In this document: piece after piece, positions 61,075-64,000 of the stretch | Position numbering within the stretch: position 1 is the first letter of the stretch | How the letters are laid out: each line of letters begins with the position of its first letter | DNA from: Cyanophora paradoxa CCMP329 | Taxonomy: Eukaryota; Plantae; Glaucophyta | Reading direction: 5' to 3' | Assembly (NCBI GenBank): GCA_004431415.1 | Contig: QPMI01000099.1 | Span: forward strand, 124,001 to 188,000 | Length of the DNA stretch: 64,000 nucleotides | The notes under the pieces: model-generated | Seen by the model: only the letters and a program-made list of their open reading frames with translations | Databases searched by the model: none | What the model was told of the DNA's origin: nothing | Made by a program: the position numbers and the translations under genes

Positions 61075-64000
61075 TCATATCTGCCTGGGGGACCCGGATC
61101 GCGGGCGGCCCGTACTAAGCCAAGCAAGGGGGCTCGGGGGAAGAGGAACGGCCAGCTTCCGAGCGCCGCTCTGGGGGCGGCTGACGGGGCGCGAGGGCGG
61201 CCCGCGGGGCGGCGGCCGCGGGGAGGCGGGGGGGTGGGGGGACGGAGGGGGGCGGGGGCCGCGGGGAGGCGAGCCGATCCGGGGTGGCGAGTCCGGGGGG
61301 GAAGCCCCGCGGGGGAGGAGGGATGGAGCCGAAGGGGGCGAGGCGGGGGGTACGGGCCCCGGCAGGGGAGTACCAGAGGCGGCCGCTCCTTTGGTGCTGC
61401 CGCTCAGCGGCGGCGGAAGCGGAGAGGGCTCGCCCGGCCAGTCGGGTCCATCGCCGCGGGACCCGGGCCTGGACCCAGCCGGTTGCAAGGAGGGCTGGAA
61501 GGGAGGGGGAGGCGAGGATGGGGGGGTGCCGGAGGCGCCCGGCTCGGCGCCGCCGCCGCGGAGCCCCAGGGGAGCTGGCTCCCCCGCTCCCGTCGCCTCC
61601 GCTCCGCTGGCGCTGGAGGCGCTGGTGGCGGCGCCGGCGGCGCGCTCGGGCCCGGGCCCCGGATCGCCGGGCGGGCTCCGCGCCCCGCGCTTCCTCCGGT
61701 GGGGAGGGGCGGGGAAGGCGGGGGCGGCCCGCCCGCCTCGCCGCCGCCCCCGCCGCCCCGCCTGCGCGGGACGGGGGCGCCTCCGCCCCCGCCCCGCCCC
61801 CGCCTCCGCCCCGCCCCCGTCGCGCCTGCCGGCCCGGAACTCCACCCTTCACCGCCGCCGCCGCTGCTGCTGCTCGGGCGGTGCTCGGACCCGAGGCCGC
61901 CGGGGGGGTGCGGGGGAAGCGCAGCGGCGCCGCCGCGCCCTCCGATCTCGGGACTGCCGGCCGACTCCGCTCGCTCCGCTCGATCCCCGCTCCCGCCCCC
62001 GCCGGGCCCGACCCCGCCGTCCGACGGCTCGTGTGATGCGCCCGAGCCTCGGCTCGACGCCGAGCCGCGGCCGAGCCGACCTCCGAGCCCGAGCTCGGGT
62101 CCGCCGCCGCGCTCGGGCCTGCCGCCCGACTCGCCTCGGCCGCCGCCGCCGCCGCCCCCGTCTTCGACGCCGCCCTCCTCTGCCTCGTTCGCGCTCCCGC
62201 GGCCGCCGCCGCCGCCGCTTGAGGCGCCCCCGGCCGTCGGCCCGGCCTCGAGCCGGGGCCCGAGCCGCCGCGGCTCGAAGCCGAGCCGGCGCCGCGGCTC
62301 GCGGCTCGGACCGGCTGCCCCTGCTCCTCCCCCACCTCTTCCTCCCCCTGGGGGCGCGGCAGCGGACCGCCCCGCCACGTCGCACGGACCTCGTCCCCCG
62401 ATCCGCGCCCGCCCCGGGGCCGCAGCGCCCGCGGCGGCCGCCTATTCTCCCGCGGCGTCGGCTGGTAGTGCGCCTGGGTATAGAAAAGGCTCAGGAAAGG
62501 AATGAGTTGGTAGGAATGGGTACAGCCGCGCTTCGTCGGAGGGGTACGCGCCTGGGAGAGGGTCGCGTCGTCGACGGGACGGCTGCTAGAGTGGAGAGCC
62601 GGTTCGAATGCGGCCCCCGATTCCAGAGCCTGCGGGGGTAGCGTGAGCGGAGAAGCGGAAGGGGGCTACGGAAAACTCGCCTCGCGCGAGTCCTCGGGGA
62701 TCTGCGGGGCCCAGAGGGGGGACGGCCAGTCCCCGCCCAGACCGCCCAGGGAAGAAGCGCGCCGGCGGGGCGACGAGGAGTACTGGGACGAGGAGGCCGC
62801 CAGGGAAGAGACGGAGGGGATCCGAAGGGCGGGGGGTACCCGGCGGCCGCGGCCGGCTGCGGCGTTCGCGGCGCCCCAGCGGGGCCGGCCGCGGGGCGGG
62901 GGTACGGGGGCGCGTCCGTTCGGGGCACGGGTAGAGGAAATGAAGGGCGCAAAGGGGTCCGCCGAGGCGGCCGGAGGGAAGGCGGCAGCTCGGTCCGGGC
63001 GGGGCGCGTCCCGCACGGGAGGTCCGAGGCCCGGGGGCGGCCTGAGGCGCGGGGGGGAGGCGGCGGCGGTGCCGGTACCCCCCGCGTCATCCTCAGAGAG
63101 ATCGCCGTCGCTCAGCTCGGAGGGGAACACTTTGCGGAGGGGTACAGGAGCGGGCGGGGGGCGGAGGCGGGGGGGGCCGCGGTCGGAGAGGGGGGCGCGG
63201 GAAGCGGGGGGTCCCCGCGGCCGGCCGCGAGGGGGGCGGAAGCCGGGGACGGATTCCGAGAGCTTTTGGGGGGGTACGGCTTGCCGCTGGGCGGCGGGAG
63301 GTGGGGAAGAGGGCTCCTCGCCCCTCCGGGCGGGCTTCTTCTTGGCCTGTGGCTTGCTCTGCGAGAAATCTTAGAGCCGAGGGGCTACGCGTTTCGCAAA
63401 TGCGGGGAGGGGGTACCGGCTTCTCCCACCAGGCCGGGGGCCCGTCGGGATCCGCGGCCGCCAGGGGCTCATCCTCCTGCGCCGAGAACATCAGAAAGAT
63501 AGGAGAAGAAAGGGCCTGGCGGGATTCGAACCGGATCTTCGCGCAGGAGCCCGGCGATGGCCGCGCGGCACGCGTCCAGCACCTGTACCCCGGCTGAGCC
63601 GCGTCCGGCGCTCGGGGGGTTGCGCAAACCTCGAAGGGATCGTCTCCGGCCTTGGGCCGGGGCCAAAAAGGGATGCGCCCGCGGGCGCCGCCCTTGGGGC
63701 CCCCCTCGGGGCCGACGGCGGCGCCGGGCTCGGGCGCGGGGGGCAGGGGCGGCGTGGGCGGGGCGCCCGGCACGTCGGGGATGGGCCCGCGGCCGGCCCG
63801 AGCCGCAGCGACGATGCCGTCCACAAACCTGCGGGCCGCCCCGTCAGCCGGGGGGCCGGCGGGTTGCCGGACTCTCCAGCGGACCTCTGAAGGTTGTCCA
63901 CGTCGGCCTGCGTCGCCTTGGCGCCCGCTGCGCCCCGGGGCAAAGTGAGACAGCGGCCGGCCGAGCCCGCCCCGCCGCTTCGAGCGGACCGAGGTCGCCG
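61075..64000 (-). CDS. 3' part of a Pro/Gly/Ser-rich hypothetical multi-exon gene (5' end beyond the window)
   Basis: Very GC-rich long minus-strand frames with plausible exons (QADVDNLQ|..DGIVAAA..; RCWTR..SPIFLMF; SELSDGDLSEDD). Exon structure and stop are uncertain. Confidence 0.4.

Noticed and set aside
42674-64000. Long overlapping Pro/Arg/Gly-rich ORFs on both strands
   Set aside because: These are shadow frames caused by very high GC and unspliced introns of the real genes.

Overview
This is eukaryotic nuclear DNA from a GC-rich, intron-dense protist or alga; the taxon cannot be determined from the sequence. The left ~37 kb is a higher-order satellite array: ~138-bp monomers grouped into 431/437/455/712/719-bp units and ~2.5-3.3-kb super-units, which is centromere-like. 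Three unrelated mobile elements are inserted cleanly into it. (1) An 8.45-kb non-LTR retrotransposon (APE-RT-RNase H-zinc knuckle) with a 17-bp TSD, no poly(A), and a 3' tail resembling the satellite target. (2) A 1.69-kb non-autonomous Helitron-like element with an A|T target, no TSD, asymmetric inverted repeats and a 3' CTAG. (3) A compact 11.2-kb endogenous Polinton-like virus with ~260-bp TIRs and a 6-7-bp TSD, encoding pPolB, an rve integrase, an A32-like ATPase, putative major and minor capsid proteins and small accessory ORFs, with no recognisable maturation protease. The satellite copies record a recurrent fold-back (palindrome-forming) micro-insertion signature that also appears to saturate the intergenic DNA. 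The right ~22 kb holds host genes: PCF11 and a cytochrome P450 head-to-head 57 bp apart, two or three hypothetical genes, MITE remnants and a CpG-depleted island. All family assignments come from motif recognition by eye; no database search was run.
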